From contig JBHGNT010000012.1 of assembly GCA_043228905.1 (NCBI GenBank), positions 12,338,001 to 12,402,000 on the forward strand: a stretch of 64,000 nucleotides of DNA, read 5' to 3'. Under the pieces are notes generated by a model. It did no database searches. It had not been told where the DNA came from and was given only the letters and a program-made list of their open reading frames with translations. Of the stretch, positions 24,236 through 37,182 are shown piece by piece (the first letter of the stretch is position 1; the number at the start of each line of letters is the position of its first letter). This DNA is from Azolla caroliniana. Its lineage: Eukaryota > Plantae > Polypodiophyta. A program made the translations under genes and the position numbers.

Positions 24236-27125
24236 ACTGAGATTGTGAGAGTGATATTTGTCCTAGTGTTGTATTTCGTTTTACTTCTATTCCTAGAAAA
24301 TAGGTCATGGGTCCAAGATCGGTGATAGGAAATGTTGATTTTAGTTCTTGTTTGCAAAAAATTAAATAAGATAGAGAATTTGAGAGGAGGGGAAAATCAT
24401 CTGCATAGACTCCTAGTATGATGAAGTTAGATGCCAATTTTCGAAAATAGATGTTTGGTTCACTTTTAAGTCTATTATATCCACATTTGATTAAAAATAT
24501 ATGGAGACGATAGTACCATGCTCGAGGTGATTGTCGTAGGCCGTAAATTGACTTCTTTAGTTTGCAGACGTGTGTTGGAAACTTTGTATTCTCGAAGTAG
24601 GAAGGTTGCTCCATATAGACTTCTTCTTCAAGGTCACCATGAAGGAAAGCGGTTTGAACATCCAAGTGATGAAGTTCGAGCTTTTGGGCAGCGGCGATCG
24701 CCACAAGTAGTCGAAAAGATGTTATGCGAAGTGTGGGACTAAAGGTTTCTATGAAGTCTATTCTGGGTACTTGTGTGAAGCCTCGAGCAACCAAGCGTGC
24801 TTTAAATCGAATGGGATTTCCATGCGAGTCTCGCTTAATTCGAAGTACCCACTTGCAAGTAATAATTGTGTGATTTTGAGGTTTTTGCACTAGACACCAT
24901 GTTTCATTTTTTGTGAGAGAGTGCATTTCATTTTTCATGGCGGTAATCCAATTTTCTGCATTTGAGCTTTGGAGAGATTCTTTTACAGTTGTAGGCTCTT
25001 CACAGTCAATTTTTGTAGGTACTTCATCAAGGTCGGATTTATCCAAAATACCAATGTTGCTAGGATCGAGGTCGCTAAAATGACATTCTAATTCATCTAG
25101 CTCTTTGTAGATGTCGGAAAGTCTTCTAAGGCGTCTTGGGGATGTTGTGTCTATGTTATAAGTGTCATACGTGGGTGGAGTGTCTAGTGGGGAAGTGTTA
25201 GGACTTAATGTTTGGTTAGGAAACATTAATGTGTTATATGGGATAGAATGAGAAAAACTATAACATTGAAGAGGAGAGGCAAAATTTGTCTGCTCGACAA
25301 CGACAGGAGTGTGGTCCACAGCGATGGCGTGATCTTTGTTTGGAGATCGAATGCTACTCGAGGCGGCTTCAGGAGACAATGGTGGTGGAGCAGTACGAGT
25401 GGGGAGCACAACGGGAGTGTGGTCGACTATGCCATGATGTCTGTTTTGCGGTGAAATGCTACTCGACGTGGCTTCTGAATATGATGGTGTTAGATGAAAA
25501 GAGACTTGTGGTGGTGTGGGAGTTCCATCGGTGATTGATGGTTCTTGCAGTGATGGAGGTCCAAATGGAAGGCACCACGTGATGGTGCTGTTGGTTTGCT
25601 CGGGGGCTGCACCATTGTCCGCAGTAAGTTTGTTAATTAGGGTTTCTGAATTTGTTGATTTTTGGTTCTGATTTTTTAGGATGTCAAATTTGTTGAAGAT
25701 AACGCTTCGGTTGAAGAAAAATTTGTTGGTAATTGGGTTGTAGAGTCAGTAAGCCTTGTAGCCGTGTGCATCTCCAGATCCAACAAAGATGGATTTTTGT
25801 GCTCTTGCATTTAACTTGTTTCTTTTGTTTTCTGGTACACAAGCGAAAGCAATACATCTGAATATTTTAAGGACTTGTAAATGAGGTTTGTGGCCATACC
25901 ACATTTCAAAAGGTGTATGTAGTTCAATCGAGTAGTGATAAATTCTGTTTTGAATGTAACAAGCGGTTGCAACTGCTTCCTCCGAGAATTTCGGCTCTAG
26001 GTTTGTGGCATTCAGCATGTTACGGGTAGCATTTAGTAAGCTACAATTTTTCCTTTCCGCAATTCCATTTTGTTGAGGAGTTTGTGGTGTTGATTTTCAG
26101 TGGTGAATTCCTTTGGATTTGCAAAAATCCACGAAGGCATTGGAATTGTATTCGCCGCCTCCATCAGTTTGTAGAAATTGTATTTTGCTTTTAGTTATAT
26201 TTTTAGCTAGTGTTAAGTAATTTTTAAGTGCTTGGTTTTTTGTTTTAAGAAATGTAATAACAGTGAATCTACTATAGTCATCTATGAAACTGTTGAAGTA
26301 ATGTGATCCAGTTATTGATGATGTCGGGAAAGGGCCACAAAGATCACTATGGACTAATTGCAACGGGAATCGACTGCTACTTTGTCGTAGTGGAAAAGAG
26401 TGATGAGGCATCTTCCCAACAAGACACCCTTCGCAGAGGTCTAATGAAGTTGTGAATTGTTCTTTAGGGAGACCAATAACCATGTTTTTTTATTGTAGGG
26501 TTTTAATGGCCTGTAAATTTATATGTGCAAGTCTATGATGCCATAAGATGCTAAGATCATGGTTTTCTTTTGTGGATACATAAAGTGCATCTATGTTTGT
26601 ATGTGTTGGTGGGCATGGAATGCGATAAAGCCCTTTATCAAGGGGCCTACAGATGTACTTTATTTTCTGTCCATTTGGTGACTTATGCTTAATTTGTGCA
26701 TATGTTTCTTCGAATTTTATGGATGTACCATTTTTGGTTGCTTGAGAGACTGATAATAGGTTTTTCGTAATTCCAGGAACAAAATAGACCTTGTTTACTG
26801 TGAGGAGTTAATTGTCTTGTAGGAGAAAACTTACATCTCCTTTTCCTAAGGCATTTAGGCTACCATTATTACTAAACAGAACAGGGATTGGTATTGGTAA
26901 GGAGTTGTAGTTTCTAATAGATTGTTTATTATTTGTCATGTGATGGGTGACACCGGTATCAAAGTACCAAGTGTTGTCTGGTTGTTGTTTTGTATTGATT
27001 TCTGGAGTCGAATCTTCTGCAAGGAAGACTTGTAGGAGGTCATCATAACCATCATCATTTTCCTCATTGTTTGTTTCAGTTGGGTATGACTCATTTTTAG
27101 AAATTTCTTCAACTAGGTGGGCTTC

Positions 27126-27534
27126 TACTCGAGATCTAGGTCGTTGATATGATTGTTTGTTTTGTAAAAAGTAGCGTGCGGAAGCAAGTATAAAGACAAA
27201 ACAGAAGGGAGAACACTCAGGTTTAATGGAGAGCTTGAGCTTACACAGTATACGCGGGAGAGACCGAGAGAGTTAGAGAGAAGACACCAAAAGGAAAGTA
27301 TATAATGAAAGACAAAAACAAACATATATGTGTTCAATGAACACTTTGTACAAGCCCTAGAAGGACTGACTAGAGTACTGACAGTACTTCAATGCTCATT
27401 AAGAGCTCCTACACTAACTCCCAAATATATTCCTCACGGAATATCTTTCCTAACGGCCTAACCAATCGGTCCCAGCCGATCCGGTCCTCGGCTTCTTTAG
27501 CCGATCCGGCCGATGTTGAGCTTGTCTCTCAACA
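27126..27534 (-). mobile_element. Solo or partial LTR inserted in the Copia gag-pol, same family as the LTR starting at 29194
   Basis: Minus strand starts tgttgagagacaagctcaacat, matching tattgagagacaagctcaacat at 29194; removing it restores host frame KTEAHLVEE; TSD not resolvable. Confidence 0.65.
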
Positions 27535-28525
27535 TGTTTTTCATTTGTCTGAACCTACATTGATTGTTTGTGTGTCCAGATTGATGGTGTAGAAAATTTG
27601 TGAGAATCTGATGCCTCCAACTTGTGGTCTAGAATTGTTAGGATAGTTTCTAGGCCTATATTCTGTTCTTTGGTTTTGATAGGGTTGTTTTCCACGGTAT
27701 GCTATCATTGATGATTAGTGTTGTGTTTGTTTAGGTCGATGTGCCTTTTTCATGGCTTCTTCTTGTCGTATACAATTAATTAGGACAATGAGAGTTGTGT
27801 TTGTATTGAATTTTTGGGTGGTCACAAAAGTGCTCCAAGATGGTGGTAGTGCACCTAATAAAAGAAGCCATTGCAACTTCGATTCAATTTCTACCCCAGA
27901 CATGAGACAGTCATCTAATTTGCGTTTCCATGAGTTTATAAATGCATTCATTTCATCTTCTTCTTGCATTTTTAAAACGACTAATGAGTTTAGAGTCATG
28001 ACCTGGTTTCCATCTATAGTTGGTTCGAATTCATTCTTCAAGTCGATCCACATGGCGTTTGCAGTGCTGCAGTTTCTGATTGCGTCGGCTTGTTGATCCT
28101 CCAAGTTTGACATGATTTCTAACTTTGCTGCTAGATCTTTTTCTTCCCATGCAGGGTAGTTCGGGTTTAGTGTGTTGGGTTGTGTTTCTGTGCCTTCAAC
28201 TACTGCCCATAATTTTAGTTGTTTAAAAAGGAGAGTCATTTTTCTACTCCAAACTCTATAGTTTGTATTATTCAATTTGCTAATTGCAGTTTTTCTATAC
28301 ATAAAGTTTTGGGATGAGGAAGGCGTTGCTTGAGTCATGGCTATGAGAGATTTGTTTGTTAAAAAAACAGGATTGTGCAGGTCTTAGAAGAGGCTAAAAT
28401 TCTAGCCTATTATATTATATGTTGTTTCTGTGCAGAGATTTTTAATCAAGGGCCATTCTTTGATTTGCTATGGTAGAAATTTGGATGTCACCTAAAAAAA
28501 GGGAACCTGCTCTGATACCATGTTG

Positions 28526-28588
<63 letters not shown>

Positions 28589-31500
28589 AATTGTGGTTCC
28601 TCTCTACTAAATGTAGAGAGGCGTGTATTTTAGTTTTATAGGACAAATGTGCCCTTTACAAAAGTAAGTGCTCATAAAAGTCATAACTGTTTATTTTTAT
28701 TTTATAATTTAGTTAGTATTAATTTGTATTATTTTTTCTTATAATTTCCAACAGGAGGGTCCTGCCTTCGCTACTCACCAAGGAGCCAAATGGAACACTG
28801 ACAACCATGACCTCAGAGCACTCAAAGGTTGGTTAAGGAGTGGGAAGGAAAAGGACATGGTCCAACCAACCTCACCTCCATCAAAAGCGATGAGAGAGGC
28901 AACAGATGACCTGGAATTTCTGAAACTGCTGCCAACCACAAACATCGACTATAGCAATTTGGATGTTGGTCTTCGGCCTAAATGCAAAATGGGTGACATT
29001 ACTTGGCCAACAAATTTCGAGTGGGTGTGCACTCATATGATTATATACAATGCAAGGAGTGGAAAACTAGAGACATGTATATCCTTTGAAATAGAACCAC
29101 CGACAAGGAAAGTATGGACTAAAGAATCGGTGCTTTCGCAAATATGCAAGAGCATTGCTACATGCCTTAGGTTACTATCCAAGAATTGGAATCTATTGAG
29201 AGACAAGCTCAACATGAGTCAAACGGCTACCAGCTAAAGGCCGATGAGCCAATCAGTCGGCTGAAGAAGCCGACAGCCGGGTCGACTAATGAGAGTCGGT
29301 TGAAGAATGACGTTAACCGGTTGGCTAGCCGAAGTATATTAGTTGGACTCAGAGTCAGAGTCAGAGTAGTAATAGACTAGTGTGAAAGGAAGTAGCCAAA
29401 ATAGGGATTTTTGCCAAGTAGGAAAACTAGAATAGAACAGTTAGTGTAAATTGTAGGTTCTTGCCAAATAGGCAAGTGTATTATCTTCAAAGAGTCTCTT
29501 AGGTCACCAATAAAAAAGGACTGAGAGCATTGTATCAATATCGGTTTGTTTTGGTTATATTAATATAATTTTGGTAGTTAGAGTTTATGATGTGTCGTCT
29601 ATTTTGCCATTTTCTCTATTCATAGATTATTATATATAACTAATAGTCGATCAAGATAGTATCATCTAGTAGTATGAATTAAGTATGTTGAATTAATGTC
29701 TACGTAATACTCTGAGAAAGCATTTGTCGAAGTTGACGAACATTCCATCTCCAATCAAAATCTTCTTGATAGAACAACTTAGTGATTAAGAAGTTCGACC
29801 CTTTCTGTCGGTCGTTATAGACAACACAAAGATTTGGCACACCCGGTTACATCTGCTATGAGTAGAGAACAAGGAGAATGGATGTTGCCCAGTCGACCTA
29901 GTACTGACCAACATGTAGGAAGCAGAAAGAGCACGCACGAGATTGGAAAGTTGACGTGCTGAAGAAGGTAATTCAACTAATTTGGATTTTGTCGAACAAA
30001 TTTAGCATGAAGCTGAAGAGGAATTAAGAGAAGTTCTGGATTTATACACCAATAGTAGTTTCAGACAAGGAGCCGTTCGAACATTACAGTTACTTCAGAA
30101 ACTTAGGAGAAGTTTTTGAGGAGGATACAATGTCGTATCCCTATTCTAAGTACAATGATGAAGCCGATGCGGAAGCACCCATGCACGCTTTCCTTACGAC
30201 TTGGCAAGCTAACCATGTCTCATAGAGATTGTCAGAAGTGGATGTCGACAAATCCAAGATCACAGAATTCAGATTGTCCCTAGATGAACAATCAGTAAAT
30301 TGGTACCCACAGCATGAAGAAGGTGAGTTCGAATCATTTAAACAATTAACTAGTAAATTTATCAGGTTGTTTCATTGCCAAGTTCCAAAAAGAGAACTCA
30401 TGAGCCAAATCTATGCGGCTTTCCAAGAAGCTCATGAGATAGTTCCACATTTTATTATTCAGTGCCAAAACCTTCAGTGACAAATAGCACGACCTCTTCC
30501 AGAGGAAGATGTGAAAGACACTTTCTTATCGGCACTCCGAGAGCCACTTTGGACTACCTTAGCCGTGTTCGATTTTAAAGATCAATCACTAGAACAGGTG
30601 ATTGACAAAGCGCTCCTACTGGATAAAACCCAAACAAGTAATAGTATGTCTATGACATCATTACAGAAATCATTACCAACTTTGGAAGATTTAAGGTTCG
30701 GACAAGCTATTCATAGCACAACATGCTTGAATCGAGGGCATTCTATGGTGGAATGCACATTACGTACACATTGTCCAATTTGCCATTCGAAGGCACATAT
30801 AATCGATCATGCGAATATAATCACCTCAACAACGTCGTGGGTCCAGTCAGACAGATAGAGCCACATGACAACCGCACAGATGATCGAAGTCGACAGGCAC
30901 CGGTTTCGGGATGATGATCGACCGAGATATGAGGACCGTTATTGGTTGGATTGAAATAAGAGAGAGGATTATCGCAGGGATGATCACTACGATGATTATC
31001 GAAGGGACAATGACTGCCATGACGGTTACAGAGGGACAGTTGTTACTAATATGAGCGTGATTACTCACCACACCAGGATAGAAATGAATGACATCCATAC
31101 AAAGGCTTCCTACATCATGATGACTGGTGATCTTATGATCAATGGAGAAATGATGACAATGGACAGAACAATCTTTGATTCAATGACAAATGACAGGAGG
31201 ACAATAGACAATCGAACGCATCTAGACAGTTTCAATATAATTCGAAAGTCCGAAATGAGTTGGAGTCCCAAGATGTTCGGCGATCATAGTATGAAAACCG
31301 AGAAGCTAGTGGGTCCACAAAACCTATTTGTTATCTTTGTAGAAAAGAGAGGCACTATGCAAATCAGTGTCCAATGAAGGAAAAAGGGAAGGCTCCAACA
31401 ATAAATATGGTAACCATAGAGGTACAACAAGTAACGACTCGGAGAAAAACCAAATTGTCCAAGTGGGAAATATAGGAAGTAGTGCGGAAGGCGGCTAAGG

Positions 31501-32203
31501 AATGGGTAGATGAAGCAAACAACAACAATGTCTCCAGTATGCTGCAAGAAAATACCGAACTCAACATCACCCCACCAAATTCAGAAATTCGGTTAAAAGA
31601 GGTACTAGAACAATCAAGGTGAAACATGGAGGGTGTTGGCGGATTGCCAGATCACACTACCACTAGTAGGATTACTAAAATTAGTACCCTGATTTACAGA
31701 AGAAGCAACACAAATAATTACAAAGAACGAGTTGGGCCAAGTGCCGGTTTATTTTACTAATCCGATTAAAGGTCTGGCAATCATGAATGAGCATAGTCTT
31801 TCAATAAAGGTCATCATCCGGGGTCAAGAGATTCCCCATTGTATCATCAACGGTGGGTCAGGAGTGAATGTCATAAATAAGACGACCTGTGATCAACTAG
31901 GTATTACGGACTAGGAAGTGTGTCCGTTTTAGCTAAGAATGGTTGATACAAGTTCGGTTCGACCACTAGGGTTGATTCGGCAATCAGAACTGTCAATTGT
32001 TGGCCATATGTTCCAGATCCCAACGGTAGTGTTAAAATTGGATGCACTAGGTGCATACACATGGCTATTAGGTCGACCATGGTTATGAATTGCCAATATT
32101 AAGCAAAATTGGCAGAAAAATATCATTTCATTTCGAAGAGGGAAAGCAAAGGTATGAGTGTTGACTCAAGAAAAAATACTAACTAAGAAGGAATTAGTGC
32201 CAT

Positions 32204-32349
32204 TGTTGCGGGCATGACCATATAATATCACATGGTAATATTGTACCGTAGCATTCTGTACACGTGTCGGCACCCATCTTTCTCTCTCCTCTCTATTTTT
32301 CTATCTATTATTTCCTTATCTCATGCTTACATTAGGATCTAGCTCTAAC
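32204..32349 (+). mobile_element. Internally deleted solo LTR of the chromovirus family seen at 53458-57571
   Basis: tgttgcgggcatgaccat... matches the chromovirus LTR start tgttacgggcatgaccat; TSD GCCAT/GCCAC; removal restores host frame ELVPLYAES. Confidence 0.75.
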
Positions 32350-32874
32350 GCCACTATATGCCGAATCAATAAATATGATGGAATGCTTGGAAGACAATGA
32401 AATCGAGCAATATCTGGAGGAAAATCCAAATATTATACCATTGTTCGAAATAGATGTAGTGGAAATCATTGGTCCTTACATTAGTAATGAAAATTCTCGT
32501 ATAGAGGATCAGAACCAGCAAGAGGATCCTAAATACTTGAAAGAATTTCAGTTTCAGTAGGGAGCAATGGAACAAGAAATTCAAGTCTCTCAAAGGGTAA
32601 AAACTTCCACACTTGAGGAACAGAATTTGGCAGGATATGACAACGAACAAAAGACGGTACTCATAGCTAAAGATATGTCACCAAATGACATAAATGAATT
32701 AGTAAATTTATTACGATAGTATAAAGATGTCTTTGCATGGTCATTTGAAGACATGAAAGGGTTGGACCCAACATTCTGTCAACACCAAATTCACCTGCAC
32801 AAGGAAGCCAAACCAGTGTAGCAACGACGATATCGCTTGAATCCCAACTACGCAGTCTGAGTCAAGGAAAAAAT

Positions 32875-35800
32875 TGTTGGGAAACATGTCCCTCCGGATG
32901 GGAAGAGAAGTACCTATTGGTGAGTATCTCAGCCAAGGCCGATAGACTGAGGCCGAAACCGAATTCGAATTCGATAATCGAAATCGTTTCGGAAGACTAT
33001 AATTGCAAATAGTCTAAAATGCCCCTTGGGGGCTATACTTGTAAATAGCTAGAAAGTTGCTTTTGCTTATAAGCAACTAGGGCAAACTTTAGTAAGTGTA
33101 GTTGATCATTATTGTAAAGTTAGAACGAGGTAGTTGCCTCTGTAATCGTGAGTGAGAGTGTAACTCTGTAGCCATCTATCAAACGAAGGAGGACTCGAGG
33201 TCGTTGCCTCCGAGTTCCGATTTGTACTTCCTCTCTACTATAGTGATTTGTTTTTCTCGGGATTTGTGAACCCCATGGTTTTTTCCCATTTTAGGTTTTC
33301 CACGTAAAATATCGGTGTCTCTATGTCTTCACATTTTTCGTCTGTGTACTAGCTCTTGGTTTCTGCACATGAATATGAACATGTAACTGGTTGTGGCTGG
33401 TCGATTCTTGACAAAGTGGTATCAGAGTGATGGAAGACTCGTTCGATTGCATGTTTAAGCTAACCGGCTCCAACTACTTAGTGTGGAAGTCGAAGATGAG
33501 AGACATACTCGTGTGCAAAGACCTTTGGATGTCGGTGCAGTTCGGAGATAAAAGACCAAACAAGATCGATGCAACGACTTGGGAAGTGTTGCATCTGAAG
33601 GCAGACACACACATAAGGTGTTTTATAGACATGAGTCTATACAACAACTTCGGCGAAGAAACAGATGCAAGTGTCCTATGGAAGAAGATCTGCTAGGATC
33701 CCTTCCGAACAGCTGGGAGACGCTCATTGTCACTTTGAGCAACGCCGGGCCGGAAGGGAAGCATCTATCCCTAGAGCAGGTGAAGTCAAGCTTGCTAAAT
33801 GAAGAAGCTCACCGGAAGGACCGTGAGTCCAATACTAACCAGAAGTCCGTAGTCACAGAACGTGACATGATTCGGGGAAGAGGCTGAAATCGAAGTCCTT
33901 GAACCGAGATAAGTTGGGGACCAGGTCAAAGTCGAGGGGGAGACCCACATGCTTCTATTGTGGAAAGTCGGGGCACTTCCAGAAAAACTACCCACACGAA
34001 GAACAGGAAGAAAATCCCGAACAGGAAGAACACCTCAACAATCTATGCGAGTGAGGAGGAGTTGTTGCTCATAAGTGAGCAAAACAAAGTGATTCTTAGA
34101 GGTGAAGAATCTACATGGGTGGTCGATTCGGGTGCATCGTTTCACCTAACCCCTAATCGAAAGTGCTTCTCATCCTGCAGAGCCGGAGATCTCGGATCTG
34201 TAAAGATGGGAAATGAAGGAGCATGCCGAATTGTCAGTATTGGAGATGTGTGTTTGGAAACTTCAACCGGGTGCAAACTCATGTTGAGAGATGTATGACA
34301 CATTCCAGAGGTCCAATTGAACATTATATCAGTCGGTCGGCTAGATGAAGAAGGGTACAGGGTAGCATCCGAAATGGTGTCATGAAGTTCTGCCGAGGAA
34401 GCCTGATCGTGGCTCGAGCTTGGAAAACCTACATAGTGTACATAATGAATGCTCGAATATGCCGAGGGGATGCAAACGTGGCAGCCGATACGGTCGGTGA
34501 ACTGTGGCACAAGAGGTTGTGCCATATGAGCCAGAAGGGGATGTGAAAGCTTGCTGAGGACAACCTCATTCCTGAGTTGAAGAACTTGCAACTAGATAAA
34601 TGCACGGATTTCTTGGCCGGAAAGCAGAATCGAACATCCTTCCGAGCAAGGCCCCCAATGAGGAAGAAAATGTCATTGGAACTCGTGCATATGAACGTAT
34701 GCTATGTGGACACGAAGTCGCATGGTAGTTCACAGTATTTCATGACCTTCATTGATGACTGTAGCCGGAAGTTGTGGGTTTCCGTGCTGAAGACGAAGGA
34801 CCAAGTGTTATCCGCCTTCAAAGAGTTCCAGAGTTGGACCCGAAATCTCGTCCATGCATATTTCTCGGCTACGACAATGATGAATTTGGCTATCGGCTAT
34901 GGGACTTAGTCGAGAAGAAAGTGATTAGGAGCCGCGACATTGTCTTCATGGAGGAAAAGACAATAGTTGACTAGGAGATTGAGAATAAGTCTCCAACTAC
35001 CGAGTCAAACCGAGTCGATGCTTGGCCGAATCGAGTAGAAGCCGAATCGACTGAAATCGAATCTGAGCCAATCGGCCGAGTTAATACTATGCAAAATCGA
35101 GAACTGATTGAAGAACGAGGGGAAAAAACCGAACATGGAACCGAATTCGACTCGGTCGAAGAAGTCAAAGAAGAACCCACCATGCCAAATGGAGGTCGAA
35201 GATACCCCCTAAGAGAAAGGAGCCCCCCCGAAGATTTCTGGATGAAGAGTGTGCACTACTAACCAATGAGGGGGAGTTGGAAAGCTTCAAAGAAGCTAAG
35301 AAAGATACGTACAACTAAAAGTGGTTGAGTGCCATGCAAGAGGAGATGGATTCCTTGCATGAGAACCACACATATGAACTGACCGAACTGCCAAGAGGAA
35401 AGAGGGCACTTCGGAACAAATGGGTATACAAGTTGAAACCGGGAGATGGCGGGAATCCACCCAGGTACAAAGCACGAATCGTCGTGAAAGGCTTTCAGTA
35501 GAGGGTGTCGATTTTGACGAAATATTTGCCCCAATAGTAAAGATGACGTCAATCCAAACTGTGTTGAGCATTGCAGCTAGCGTGGATCTCGAAGTCGAGC
35601 AATTGGATGTCAAGACGACATTTCTGCATGGTGATCTCGAAGAGGAGATCTATATGCACCAGCCGGAATGATTTGTGGAGAAAGGTAAAGAGAACCTGGT
35701 ATGCCAATTAAGGAAGAGCTTGTACGGGTTGAAGCAAGCACCTTGGTAATGGTACCGAAAATTCGAATCCTTCATGACCGGGAACGGGTACCACAAATAC

Positions 35801-37182
35801 GTGACAAAGGTGCTCCAGAGATTCGACATAGAAAGCGCTAAACTGGTCGGCTCGACACTGTCGACGAACTGCAAGCTAAGCAAAGAACAATGTCCGAAAT
35901 CGAAAATTGAGAAGGCCAAGATGTCAAAGGTTCCTTATGCCTCGACAGTCGGAAGCTTGATGTACGCAATAGTATGTACCAAGCCGAACATAGGATATGC
36001 AATCGGCGTGGTTAGCCGATATATGAGCAACCCCGGAAGAGAGCATTGGGCTACCCTGAAGTGGATACTTCAGTACCTAAAAGGCACCTCGAACGTGTGT
36101 CTTCGTTTCGGCTCAGGTAACCCCACACTGGAAGGTTATACTTACTAGGATATGTTGGCTAATGTGGATACCAGCCGATCCACGTCCGGGTACATAATGA
36201 CTTATGCAGGGGGAGCTGTTTCGTGGTAATCAAGGCTGCAAAAGGCCGTGGTGTTGTCCACCACGGAAGCCGAATATATGGCCGCAGCGGAAGCCGGCAA
36301 GGAAATCATATGGATGAAGGAGTTTATCGGTGAGCTGTGAATTCGGTAGGAGAATTCCAATTTCATTGCGATAACTAGAGTGCCATCCACCTTGCGAAAA
36401 ATGCCGCCTACCACTTGAGGACCAAACACATCCAGAGGAGATATCATTGGCTCTGAGAGGGAGTAGAAGAAAAGGAGTTGGCTCTAGTGAAGATCCACAC
36501 GACCGAAAATGGATCGGATATGCTGATGAAGGTGCTATCAGCCGAAAAGCTAAATGTATGGCGATAGAGAGTAATTTTGGTGAAATACCCCATGCCGGAG
36601 TGAAGGGGGAGTTTGTTGGGAAACATGTCCCTCCAGATGGGAGATGGGAAGAGAAGTACCGTGTTGGTGAGTATCTCAGCCGAGGCCGATAGGCCAAGGC
36701 CAAAACCGAAACCGAAATCAAAATCGAAATAAAAAACCGAAATCATTTCGGAAGACTAGAATTGCAAATAGTCTAAAATGCCCCTTGGGGGCTATACTTG
36801 TAAATAGCCAGAAAGTTCCTTTTGCTTATAAGCAACTAGGGCAAACTTTAGTAAGTGTAGTTGATCATTATTGTAAAGTTAGAACAAGGTAGTTGCCTCT
36901 GTAATCGTGAGTGAGAGAGTGAGAGTGTAACTCTGTAGTCGTCTGTCAGACAAAGGAGAACTCGAGGTCGTTGCCTCCGAGTTTCGTATTTGTACTTCCT
37001 CTCTACTATAGTCATTTGTTTTTCTCGGGGTTTGTGGAGCCCCGTGGTTTTTCCCCATTTCGGGTTTTCCACGTAAAATATCGGTGTCTCTGTGTCTTCA
37101 CGTTTTTCATTTGTGTACTAGTTCTTTGTTTCTGCACATGAATACGAACATGTAACCGGTTGTGGCCGATCGATTCCTGATA
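32875..37182 (+). mobile_element. Tork/Tnt1-like Ty1/Copia element with internal deletions
   Basis: LTRs 32875-33413 and 36614-37182; TSD AAAAT/GAAAT; PBS tggtatcagag at 33417; PPT gaagggggag. WVVDSGASFH, LDVKTTFLHG, GSLMYA.VCT, LSTTEAEY; deletions in gag, INT and RT. Confidence 0.92.

Larger units (their letters stand above)
22008..28753 (-). mobile_element. Full-length but decayed Ty1/Copia element with short (about 220 bp) LTRs
   Basis: LTRs 22008-22228 and 28521-28753 (TG...CA); TSD GGAGG on both sides; PBS tggtatcagagc 28509-28520; PPT at 22229. gag 27715-28338, INT HSDLCGP 26097-26483, RT (HLDVQTAFLHG, YGLRQSPRAW) 24177-25409, RNase H near 23300. Confidence 0.93.
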
